The notes beneath the pieces were generated by a model. The model ran no database searches and had not been told where the DNA came from. It saw nothing but the letters and a program-made list of their open reading frames with translations. Position numbers and translations under genes: made by a program. A stretch of 64,000 nucleotides of DNA from Pirellulales bacterium (GTDB taxonomy: Bacteria > Planctomycetota > Planctomycetia > Pirellulales > UBA1268): positions 4,794 through 68,793 of the forward strand of contig JAQWMC010000033.1 of NCBI GenBank assembly GCA_029246985.1. Direction: 5' to 3'. The stretch's first letter is position 1. Each line of letters opens with the position of its first letter. Positions 57,101-64,000 of this stretch are shown piece by piece.

Positions 57101-57305
57101 AGTCACTAGTGGGCTGCAAGTGTCTGCTGGAGATCCTATTGTACTGAAAGATGCTTCGGGAACAGTTCATACCATCTCTCGAAAGAAGATTGATGAAATA
57201 TTTCCCGCAACAACATCTCTGATGCCAGAACTTGCAAATCTGCTCACTGCCGAAGAAGTGTCCTCGATTATTTCATTCCTTCAATCTTCAGCCAGTGAAA
57301 ATTGA
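54168..57305 (+). CDS. PVC-type heme-binding protein: membrane-bound-dehydrogenase-like beta-propeller, HEAT repeats, a carbohydrate-binding-like module and C-terminal cytochrome c
   Basis: 1045 aa with a signal peptide. The N-terminal domain is typical of the Pirellula/Verrucomicrobium dehydrogenase-like domain (..FDIDADGRIWVTEA.NYR..). HEAT repeats fall at roughly aa 460-600. The segment ..ISIDIRGTKRLYLVVDST....DALWVAP.. looks like an NPCBM-type module, which is uncertain. The CxxCH motif CAKCH is at nt 56934-56948. Confidence 0.8.
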   Translation: MTIQRIVTSCFVLFFLIPSSSLKAEHIPAHEFDIADGFEATVWATTPQLFNPTNFDIDADGRIWVTEAVNYRNFRNNGLGLTNEEGDRIVVLQDTNGDGKADSSHTFVRDIDLVAPLGIAVLGNQVIVSCAPNLLIYTDVDGDTYFDKDIDKKEIFLTGFSGLDHDHSLHSVTVGPDGYWYFNTGNGGPHTVTDKSGWTLRAGSSYAGGSPHLKENFPGRKSDDGRIWVGGVAMRIRPDGTGLEPIGHNFRNVYEESLSSFGDVFHADNDDPPACRTTWLMEYGNAGFSSADGSRKWKLDQRPGQPTRIAEWRQEDPGTIPAGDVYGFGAPTGVVFGENGCFEKTYSDGLLLVCESARGEVFQYSPKSQGAGFSLQRSLFMKLRSGSTHSGMFRPSDVAIGPDGAIYVSDWYDPGVGGHRMQDSQGSGTIYRVAPKDFVPTIDKLDLSTIPGMIRALKSPAVHVRALGFRSLRAIGEDAASEIIAISRSEQPFFVARAVWLLPNCGQKGLDRLAELLHHENQQIRVTAFRSLRRAMSEPDASNEIHDFWLQAQEQACRDSAPSVRREVAISLRDEPFETCRELLKELADGFDGWDRWYLEALGTACEGKEREAFELIVSHSEDPLVWDHRLSGIAWRLHPDAAVGSLKTRAMAKTLPLVDRKKMVDAIAFNSSFQAASAMLDIAQHGPKDLRGYAAWWGQHRLQNDWKDIQLSEIFPKPPPIKKIEPKTRLDTSFIPPGQPSYTTSGEAAISIDIRGTKRLYLVVDSTHNKPEDALWVAPILTTTESTVDLTQIPWTMAFSGGTPSGPPPSQTEVTARRKKKPARPSLTVSPRLTHVDNTKPAIQVTGRSVIAYDVSALTPLQLQVTCRTLSEATDTANHISFSIFVDQSIAGKDLLQAGILSDANGSSSLGRAVFHSERIGCAKCHIVEGYGGEIGPDLTQIARKHSIVALQEDILKPHAAIAAGFETMTVLTTKGTVTSGLQVSAGDPIVLKDASGTVHTISRKKIDEIFPATTSLMPELANLLTAEEVSSIISFLQSSASEN

Positions 57306-57402
57306 GTGATGTGAATGTCCCGTAAGCAACAACTCCTCAGCAAAGGCGTCTGATTCAATTTCCGTTTCCAATAAGAAACACAAGGAAACGAACATCATCA
57401 GA

Positions 57403-58899
57403 CTAACGAATCAACTCCAAGGCATAACCCAATTCTTTTGATTCAATCTCAGGCAGGTCAACTTCAATCGCATCAAATTCCTTCCTCCAGCTGATCTTTT
57501 TTGCTGAACCAAGAAGTTTTATGTCTGTGAATGTATAGTCATTCAGTGATCGAACTATAGCAGTGCCACTTTCTGGCCACACCATCCCAATCACATACAG
57601 CTTGTCACCTTTTTTCGTAAACCAAAAGTCTTCGCTTGTAACATTGAGCTGAAACCCATGCTTGCTGCGGTGTTCGGTTCCCTTGATTGAAATTCCGGCT
57701 GGACCTTCATGGGTTATCGCCCATGGTTTTGTTCCGTATATTGCGGCACCATTGATCTTGAGCCATTGGCCTACTGCTAGCAAATTGTCGACAGATTGCT
57801 TCGGAATAAGACCTGACCCATCAGGGCCAACATTAAGTAAAAAATTGCCTCCTTTGCTGACATTTTCAAGAAGCCAGAATAATGTTTCCTGTGGCGACTT
57901 CCAGTCTTTATCGTACGACTTAAATCCCCATGAATTATTTGTTGTCGCTATGCCTTCCCACGTATTTTCACTAGCTTCATCAGGAATAACATTGTCTCCT
58001 GGAGTTCCAATGTCACCGAACTCATTCCCAATGCGCTGGCTCACAAGAATCTCCGGGTTTGCGTCATAAATCGTTGTATAAAATCTGAAGCTAAAATCTG
58101 GAGGAGTATAGATCGGCGTGTCGAGCCAGATTTCAGAAAGCTTGTAATTTGAAACTAATTCTTTAACCTGAGGCAACGACTTCTGAATGATGTAGTCGCT
58201 AAATGTTACAGCAGCAGGATCAAAATCATTTACGAACATGGACTGCTTCGGTTTCTCGTCATAGCAAAAGTCTTTCATTCCAGAGTCACCGCCATCCCGC
58301 CAGTCAAGGGCGTGTGAATAGTAGACACCGAAAGCAATTCCGCCTCGCTCACACGCTTGCTCAAGTTCACGAATAACATCTCTTCTGAACGGCGTTGCTT
58401 TCACAACATTAAAGTCACTCACTTCTGAATCAAATAACGCAAACCCATCATGGTGCTTTGATGTAATGACCATATATTTCATGCCGGCTGCCTTCGCAAT
58501 TGAAACCCAATCATCCGCATCGAACTTTACTGGATTGAACGTATTAGCAAGCGTTGCATACTCTGCTCGTGGAATTTCTTTTCGTCGCATAATCCATTCG
58601 GCCACCTTCGGTCCAGTGCCACCATCTTCCATTCGCTCCCCTTTCCAAACGCCGCCACATTGAGAATACAGCCCCCAGTGAATGAACATGCCGTACTTGT
58701 TTTCATTAAATCTATCTCGCCCTCTCTGCTTTGCTGGAGAAGCATTCATCGGCTTCCATAGTTTGTGCAGCCTAATCATCTCTGGTGAACCAGGAATGCC
58801 CGACCCGTTTACGCCAGCAGCGGGTAAAGAATATGTTGAATAAATCAAAAAAAGAATCGCTACGCATCTACTTGGAACGACAAAAAAATAACGCTTCAT
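57403..58899 (-). CDS. alpha-L-fucosidase (GH29)
   Basis: ..YGMFIHWGLYS.., ..KYMVITSKHHDGFALFDS.. and ..EIWLD.. are GH29 hallmarks. I prefer the ATG at 58899 (MKRYFFVVPS..), which gives a signal peptide; the track ORF extends to 58935. Confidence 0.85.
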   Translation of the reverse strand: MKRYFFVVPSRCVAILFLIYSTYSLPAAGVNGSGIPGSPEMIRLHKLWKPMNASPAKQRGRDRFNENKYGMFIHWGLYSQCGGVWKGERMEDGGTGPKVAEWIMRRKEIPRAEYATLANTFNPVKFDADDWVSIAKAAGMKYMVITSKHHDGFALFDSEVSDFNVVKATPFRRDVIRELEQACERGGIAFGVYYSHALDWRDGGDSGMKDFCYDEKPKQSMFVNDFDPAAVTFSDYIIQKSLPQVKELVSNYKLSEIWLDTPIYTPPDFSFRFYTTIYDANPEILVSQRIGNEFGDIGTPGDNVIPDEASENTWEGIATTNNSWGFKSYDKDWKSPQETLFWLLENVSKGGNFLLNVGPDGSGLIPKQSVDNLLAVGQWLKINGAAIYGTKPWAITHEGPAGISIKGTEHRSKHGFQLNVTSEDFWFTKKGDKLYVIGMVWPESGTAIVRSLNDYTFTDIKLLGSAKKISWRKEFDAIEVDLPEIESKELGYALELIR

Positions 58900-59114
58900 T
58901 ACTTTCCTAACTACGTATTTGTGGAACGTCTTCAAAGCAATCGGTTCTTATAGAAGCCTTCCCCTATACATACCTTATTTTGCAAACTCTCTAAGGACAG
59001 TTTATTGTCAAGAAATTCTTCCTTCACTCTGGTTTACTTGCGTGGCCACAAGGCAGCACTTACACTCCAAACGACTTGAGGAAAGCATAACCCTAATTCT
59101 AACGAGGTACGATA

Positions 59115-59414
59115 ATGCGTTCAGTTCGATTCATAGCATGGCTTGCACTTGTAGCCCTCACTGCCCTTGGTATTGCTGAAACACGCGGTGAAGAAGGTGA
59201 AAAAAAACCAGCGAGTGCTGAAAAACAATTTAAACAGCGAGACAAGGATGAGGATGGGTTTCTCTCACTTGAAGAATTCAAAAGTGCGATTAAAAAAGAA
59301 GAGATGAAGGAACAGGCTGACAAATGGTTTAAAAATCGTGACAAAGATGACGACGGAAAGCTTTCATTCGAAGAATTTGAAGCTGGAAGAAATCAGAAGA
59401 AAAAGACTGGCTAA
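59115..59414 (+). CDS. small secreted protein with two EF-hand Ca-binding loops
   Basis: 99 aa with a signal peptide (..LTALGIAE). Two canonical 12-residue loops are present: DKDEDGFLSLEE and DKDDDGKLSFEE. Confidence 0.7.
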   Translation: MRSVRFIAWLALVALTALGIAETRGEEGEKKPASAEKQFKQRDKDEDGFLSLEEFKSAIKKEEMKEQADKWFKNRDKDDDGKLSFEEFEAGRNQKKKTG

Positions 59415-59425
59415 GCTTTTTGGTT

Positions 59426-59475
59426 AAAAAGAACCTCCTGCCGGTCCATAACGGAGAACGGTAGGAGGTTTTTAA
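59426..59475. terminator. bidirectional intrinsic terminator between the EF-hand gene and the desaturase gene
   Basis: AACCTCCTGCCG (59432-59443) pairs with CGGTAGGAGGTT (59459-59470). It is flanked by AAAAAG on the 5' side and TTTTTAA on the 3' side, so either strand reads hairpin plus U-tract. Confidence 0.75.
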
Positions 59476-59480
59476 TCTTG

Positions 59481-60422
59481 TCATCGCTTCTGACGAGCGT
59501 GGCGTGGCTGAATGACATCTGTTGCAATCCCAAGTGACTTCAGCATGAGAATGACGTAATACGTAATATCAAATTCCCACCACTTGTGCTGGGTGCTGGC
59601 ACTCGCTGGATCATGGTGATGATTGTTATGCCACCCTTCTCCCATTGCTAATATGGCTACCAGCCAATTATTTCTACTATCTTCTCCCGTAGAGTAGGTG
59701 CGGTATCCAAAGAGATGCGTAAGTGAATTCACACTCCACGTGATATGCCAAACAAGAACGGTTCGTAAAAAGACACCCCAGACAACTAAACTCACAGCAA
59801 GTTGAGTGCCCGCCGCCCAATCACCTGAAATCCAGCGACCAAGTAGTAAACCAAAAATCCCAAATACGAACGCGTGCGCAATATATATCCAAAGAGCTGC
59901 CGTTGGGTGTTGTTCGAGTGCACGATAGTAAGGATCAACGAGAACATCGCGAGCATACTTATCAAGAAAATTAAGTGATTTTCGGTGCGGGACGTGACGA
60001 AAAAGCCACCCCATGTGTGACCATGCGACACCATCACGAGGCGAATGGGGATCTGGGTCGTCATCGGAATGGCAGTGATGAAGACGGTGGTTTGCAACCC
60101 AGCGAGAAGGCGTGTCTTCGAGAGAGCAGACTGCAAGAGTTGCCAGCGTACGCTCGAGCCATAGTGGAACTGACAAGCTACGGTGGCTCAGAAGTCGATG
60201 ATAGCCGAGATTAATACCGAAGGTACCAAATACTATCGTGCCAAGACCGGCAGTGATGACTCCAAACCAACTGAAGCACCAAGGTAAAATAGCAAGACAA
60301 GCAAGGAGATGAATCGTCGCGATAGGTACAGCGTACTCCCAGTGCATAACGTGCTTGGGAGTCTCAGTCGCTTGGGCGGAAATTGGCACGTAACGGCTTC
60401 TGTTAGGGGCGCCTTCGCCCAA
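59481..60422 (-). CDS. membrane fatty-acid (acyl-lipid/acyl-CoA, delta-9-type) desaturase
   Basis: 313 aa with three His boxes (HRLLSH, HRLHHCHSD, HNNHHH) and four TM segments. An alternative start lies at 60347. Confidence 0.85.
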   Translation of the reverse strand: MGEGAPNRSRYVPISAQATETPKHVMHWEYAVPIATIHLLACLAILPWCFSWFGVITAGLGTIVFGTFGINLGYHRLLSHRSLSVPLWLERTLATLAVCSLEDTPSRWVANHRLHHCHSDDDPDPHSPRDGVAWSHMGWLFRHVPHRKSLNFLDKYARDVLVDPYYRALEQHPTAALWIYIAHAFVFGIFGLLLGRWISGDWAAGTQLAVSLVVWGVFLRTVLVWHITWSVNSLTHLFGYRTYSTGEDSRNNWLVAILAMGEGWHNNHHHDPASASTQHKWWEFDITYYVILMLKSLGIATDVIQPRHARQKR

Positions 60423-60598
60423 ATGTACGACTTTAGTTTATCTAGTATCACTCAGTTCACCAAAAACTACAAGAAGGCCAGTGTCCTCGTAGCATGAAAG
60501 AGCAATGAAACTTACCGAACTGGAAGTCACGAATACTTTTCAGATCACACATGCTTGCCAGTAGAGCGTTACTATGCACTTGCTCAAGCCGTCATCTC

Positions 60599-61549
60599 TT
60601 ACCTTATCCCTACTGCTTTACCATCAAGTTGCCATGCTGAATCAATTGGAACACCAAGATGCGTAAGTGCGATTATTGGGACATCAACAATGTAAGATGG
60701 CTCTTCGATTACACCTTTTTTTGATTGAACACCACTGACTACCAGAAAAGTAGTGACTATTTCTGGGACGTCATGACCTCCACGGTGTTTCCTACCGCGA
60801 CCTCCATGATCCGTGGAAATAACAATGAGCCAATTCTCTTCAAGGTATTCCGGACGCAACTGAATTGCTTGCACAAGGCTCGCAACATGGGCATCCACAG
60901 TCTGTAGGGCCTGCAGATAGCTAGGCACACTTGGATGAAATCCATCCTGATGGCCTATTTCGTCAACCTGACCAAAATAGACAAAGACAGCATGAGGATT
61001 CTGCTGGGTCAAGAAATTAGCTGCCTTGTTGGCTAGCTTTTCATCCTTCTGCAGCAAACTATCTTCGCTTGATGCCGGACAGACTTCTCGTACATCTGCA
61101 TCACGAAGAATAAACGTATCAATCGGTTCCCAATCAACAAATGATCCGGTAATTGCTTTGGGGAATGCTCGCTTCAAATACACGAAAAAATGAGGATACT
61201 CATCATAGTTTTGCCCACGAAACGTATTGTCGTTGACACCATGTTTATCTGCCCAGACTCCCGTAAGAAAACTTGACCAACCCGGCCCGCTAATCGTTTC
61301 ATTTTCGCGATAGCGTTCACCAAGAATTTTTGTGTTATTTGTAAATGCACCTTCTGAGATAAGCTCGTCAATAGCCGGTGTATCTGCAATTCGAAGTGCA
61401 TCAGGTCGAACACCATCTATTCCAATTACCAGAACACGGCCCTCAGGAATATTTGGTTCCGAACCCAGGCATCTGCACTGGTCGTACAGATACATTGCAT
61501 TCCAAAAGACCAGAACAATTCCGGTAGTCCTAACATATGAATTCACCAC
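60599..61549 (-). CDS. alkaline-phosphatase-superfamily phosphodiesterase / nucleotide pyrophosphatase-like protein
   Basis: 316 aa. Motifs typical of type I phosphodiesterase family members: ..VIGIDGVRPDAL.., ..G.VDE.GH.. and ..STDHGG...GGHD.. Confidence 0.75.
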   Translation of the reverse strand: MVNSYVRTTGIVLVFWNAMYLYDQCRCLGSEPNIPEGRVLVIGIDGVRPDALRIADTPAIDELISEGAFTNNTKILGERYRENETISGPGWSSFLTGVWADKHGVNDNTFRGQNYDEYPHFFVYLKRAFPKAITGSFVDWEPIDTFILRDADVREVCPASSEDSLLQKDEKLANKAANFLTQQNPHAVFVYFGQVDEIGHQDGFHPSVPSYLQALQTVDAHVASLVQAIQLRPEYLEENWLIVISTDHGGRGRKHRGGHDVPEIVTTFLVVSGVQSKKGVIEEPSYIVDVPIIALTHLGVPIDSAWQLDGKAVGIR

Positions 61550-61605
61550 CTTTGGTCCCCCCTGCCACTTTTGAACGCACCTAACAGTAAGCGTGGTACG
61601 CCTAA

Positions 61606-62376
61606 CTATTGCCCACGACTAAGACCATTCGAAGACTGGATCAGTTGAATGGCTTCCTTTGCAAATCGTTTGCCCAATTCGACATACCCGGGTGCCGAGT
61701 AATGTAAGTCATCCTTAATTTCTTTTCCACGACGATTGACTCCATCATTGAGATCATCTGTATTGACTAAAGTGCGTCGTGGACCATCCTGCACAAAGGC
61801 GGCCTGCTGTTCACGAATCAGGGTCCAATGGTGATATTTTTTATCTTCCATATCAAAATCGCTGAGACGGCCGATTACAACGTTGATATCGTCTCGTTTC
61901 AAATCACTAGACAACTGCTGAAGCAAGCCCTCAAGGCTTTTTTTGTAGACGTCTCCGTGCTTTTCCGCTGCATCTCGCTCGCCCTGCATCCAAATAAACG
62001 TAACCGTTTGGATTTCTTTACCAACTGTTGCCGCCTGAACTTTTTCCATAAGACGTTGGTACAGGTCTCCTGTTGACTCCGGCCGACTTCCATCCGCAGC
62101 CTTCCAATCGGTGTACCATCTTCGAATAGGCTGCCCACCCAGTGCGTCTTTCACAACGAGGACATGGTCTTTCCCGAATGCTTCTTCCACATCAGGAATG
62201 AAGGACTCTTCTGGCCTCAGGCCAGCCATATTGGACTGCCCAGACAAAATAAAGAGATGGTATGCAGAATTGCTTTCGTTGGCAAAACCAACATGCGGAG
62301 CAGAAAGACCGCCGACGAACACTACGCAAAAGATGAATAAGCACTTACGCACGTTGGCATACTCGACTAATTTCAT
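61606..62376 (-). CDS. sialate O-acetylesterase-like SGNH esterase (DUF303 type)
   Basis: Motifs ..FILSGQSNMAG.., ..WMQGERD.. and ..DDLHYS... I prefer the ATG at 62376 (MKLVEYANVRKCLFIFCVV..), preceded by GAGG; the track ORF extends to 62397. Confidence 0.75.
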   Translation of the reverse strand: MKLVEYANVRKCLFIFCVVFVGGLSAPHVGFANESNSAYHLFILSGQSNMAGLRPEESFIPDVEEAFGKDHVLVVKDALGGQPIRRWYTDWKAADGSRPESTGDLYQRLMEKVQAATVGKEIQTVTFIWMQGERDAAEKHGDVYKKSLEGLLQQLSSDLKRDDINVVIGRLSDFDMEDKKYHHWTLIREQQAAFVQDGPRRTLVNTDDLNDGVNRRGKEIKDDLHYSAPGYVELGKRFAKEAIQLIQSSNGLSRGQ

Positions 62377-62469
62377 GAGAAAAAACCTCACAACCATATA
62401 AGAAAGTTATCCACACTCGGAAAAACCATCACGAATCCACACAAGACATTTTTATGCAACTCGTTCTCA

Positions 62470-63687
62470 TTAAGACATTGCAGACTGAAGATTCTTATCA
62501 ATTGCATCCAGAAACTCTTGCGTCTGAAGATATGGCTGGTCTTTTCCAACGAGTAAGGCAAGATCTTTTGTCATCTTGCCTTGTTCAACTGTTCCGATAC
62601 AAACTTTTTCAAGTGTTTCTGCAAAGGCAGTCACGTCTGGTGTCTGATCAAGCTTACCTCGGTGTGCGAGACCTCGTGTCCACGCAAAGATTGACGCAAT
62701 CGGATTGGTACTCGTAGGTTTTCCCTGCTGATGCTGGCGGTAATGCCTCGTGACCGTTCCATGGGCTGCTTCAGCCTCAACCGTCTTGCCATCAGGCGTC
62801 ATCAATACACTCGTCATGAGTCCTAATGACCCAAATCCCTGGGCTACAATATCGCTTTGCACGTCACCATCGTAGTTTTTACATGCCCAAACATATCCAC
62901 CTTCCCACTTCATGGCACATGCCACCATATCGTCAATAAGACGATGTTCGTAGGTTATTCCTTTCGCGGTGAATTCGGCTTTGAATTCAGCATCAAACAC
63001 TTCTTGAAACAGGTCTTTGAAACGGCCGTCGTATGCTTTTAGGATCGTGTTTTTAGTTGAAAGATAGACAGGATAATTTCGGGCCAAACCATACCTAAAG
63101 CTTGCACGAGCAAAGTCGCGTATCGAGTCATCTCGGTTGTACATTGCCAGCGCTACACCGCTGGAAGGAAAGTCATAAACGTTCATCTCCATAGGCGCAG
63201 ATCCATCAGATGGAGCATACGTCAAAGTAAGCTTCCCAGGACCTGGAATCTTCAAATCCGTCGCACGATACTGGTCTCCAAATGCGTGCCGACCAACAAC
63301 AATTGGTTTTGTCCACCCAGGAACTAACCGCGGTATGTTTCCAATAATTATTGGTTCTCGGAATATTACCCCTCCGAGGATGTTGCGAATCGTACCGTTC
63401 GGACTTCGCCACATCTTCTTCAAAGCAAACTCTTCTACTCTCGCTTCATCCGGGGTGATCGTGGCGCATTTTACACCGACGCCACACTCTTGAATTGCAT
63501 GAGCTGCATCGATCGTAATCTGGTCATCGGTTGCGTCTCGACTTTGCACCGACAGATCGAAGTAACGGAGATCTACATCGACATACTGAAGGATCAGTTT
63601 CTCCTTAATGAACTCCCAGATAATTCTGGTCATTTCATCCCCATCGAGCTCAACGACTGGTCCTTCTGCTTTGATCTTTTTTGCCAT
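62470..63687 (-). CDS. icd: NADP-dependent isocitrate dehydrogenase (eukaryote-like homodimeric subfamily)
   Basis: [27 protein letters not shown].. and ..[26 protein letters not shown].. are near-diagnostic. I prefer the ATG at 63687. Confidence 0.9.
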   Translation of the reverse strand: MAKKIKAEGPVVELDGDEMTRIIWEFIKEKLILQYVDVDLRYFDLSVQSRDATDDQITIDAAHAIQECGVGVKCATITPDEARVEEFALKKMWRSPNGTIRNILGGVIFREPIIIGNIPRLVPGWTKPIVVGRHAFGDQYRATDLKIPGPGKLTLTYAPSDGSAPMEMNVYDFPSSGVALAMYNRDDSIRDFARASFRYGLARNYPVYLSTKNTILKAYDGRFKDLFQEVFDAEFKAEFTAKGITYEHRLIDDMVACAMKWEGGYVWACKNYDGDVQSDIVAQGFGSLGLMTSVLMTPDGKTVEAEAAHGTVTRHYRQHQQGKPTSTNPIASIFAWTRGLAHRGKLDQTPDVTAFAETLEKVCIGTVEQGKMTKDLALLVGKDQPYLQTQEFLDAIDKNLQSAMS

Positions 63688-64000
63688 ACCCTGATTCACT
63701 CCTCATTACTTTCCGTCAGTCTGATGCGATCTTCATGTGCGCTCATGGTGCCCACGGCTATCTGTTGTACCAAGACACCGGCTCCCTTCCACAGGCGGTC
63801 CCGATCTCGGGTGAATTACCATAGAAAAAATTGAGTACATGATTCCATATCTTCCGAGCTCCCCGCAAAGAACACTCCTGAGCAATGGCACGTATTCGTT
63901 GCCTTTTTACGGGTGATGCTAAAGGATCTAGATATCGAACTACTGAAGTACTTCATCTAACTCTCGACGAATCAATATTGACCATTTCTTGTACCCATCA

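Noticed and set aside
63885-64000. An open frame from the ATG at 63885 running off the right edge of the window (MARIRCLFTGDAKGSRYRTTEVLHLTLDESILTISCTH..).
   Set aside because: - Only 38 codons are visible.
- There is no RBS and no recognisable motif.
- It cannot be supported as a gene from this window alone.
1-64000. A check of the whole window for mobile elements, prophage genes, toxin-antitoxin pairs, defence systems, tRNA or rRNA.
   Set aside because: - I recognised no transposase, integrase, recombinase, phage structural, restriction-modification or Cas-like protein in any listed ORF.
- I saw no tRNA-like T-arm sequences in the intergenic regions.

Overview
The window looks like a chromosomal segment from a Planctomycetota-type genome. 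This is an inference from three lineage-typical gene families: a DUF1559 prepilin-like protein with a [11 protein letters not shown]-terminus, a PVC-type membrane-bound-dehydrogenase/CxxCH heme protein, and several secreted PQQ-like beta-propeller proteins. Coding density is high, about 56 protein genes on both strands.

Housekeeping genes recognised include purL (fused to PurS-like domains), purQ, purH, tyrA, trpC, trpG, rpoD, cysC, ygiQ, trkA/trkH, smpB, thyX, moeA, a RluA-family pseudouridine synthase gene and icd. These are interleaved with lineage-specific secreted or membrane proteins of unknown function and, at 54-62 kb, a small glycan-trimming neighbourhood (GH29 fucosidase, sialate O-acetylesterase-like esterase, phosphodiesterase). 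I found no rRNA, tRNA, tmRNA, CRISPR array, transposase or integrase.

The most unusual locus is 49.7-51.9 kb. A single gene sits between about 0.8 kb and about 0.5 kb of gene-free DNA. It encodes a signal-peptide-bearing protein that is about 23% cysteine, with 16 perfect CEPACG hexapeptide repeats in three CCDSCCDS-primed modules. It has a clear Shine-Dalgarno sequence and a strong intrinsic terminator.

Secondary points of interest:
- a possible secretin-like lipoprotein next to a CpaB/SAF-like protein (10.4-13.4 kb)
- an orphan GspF-like/HEAT-repeat bicistron (3.7-5.6 kb)
- a tightly coupled DUF1559 / small protein / methyltransferase string (47.6-49.7 kb)
- a translationally coupled pair of beta-propeller proteins followed by an SGNH hydrolase (35.1-40.1 kb)
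- a Tyr/Trp-rich small secreted protein (52.9-53.2 kb)

All functional calls rest on motif recognition by eye in the supplied translations. No database search was run.
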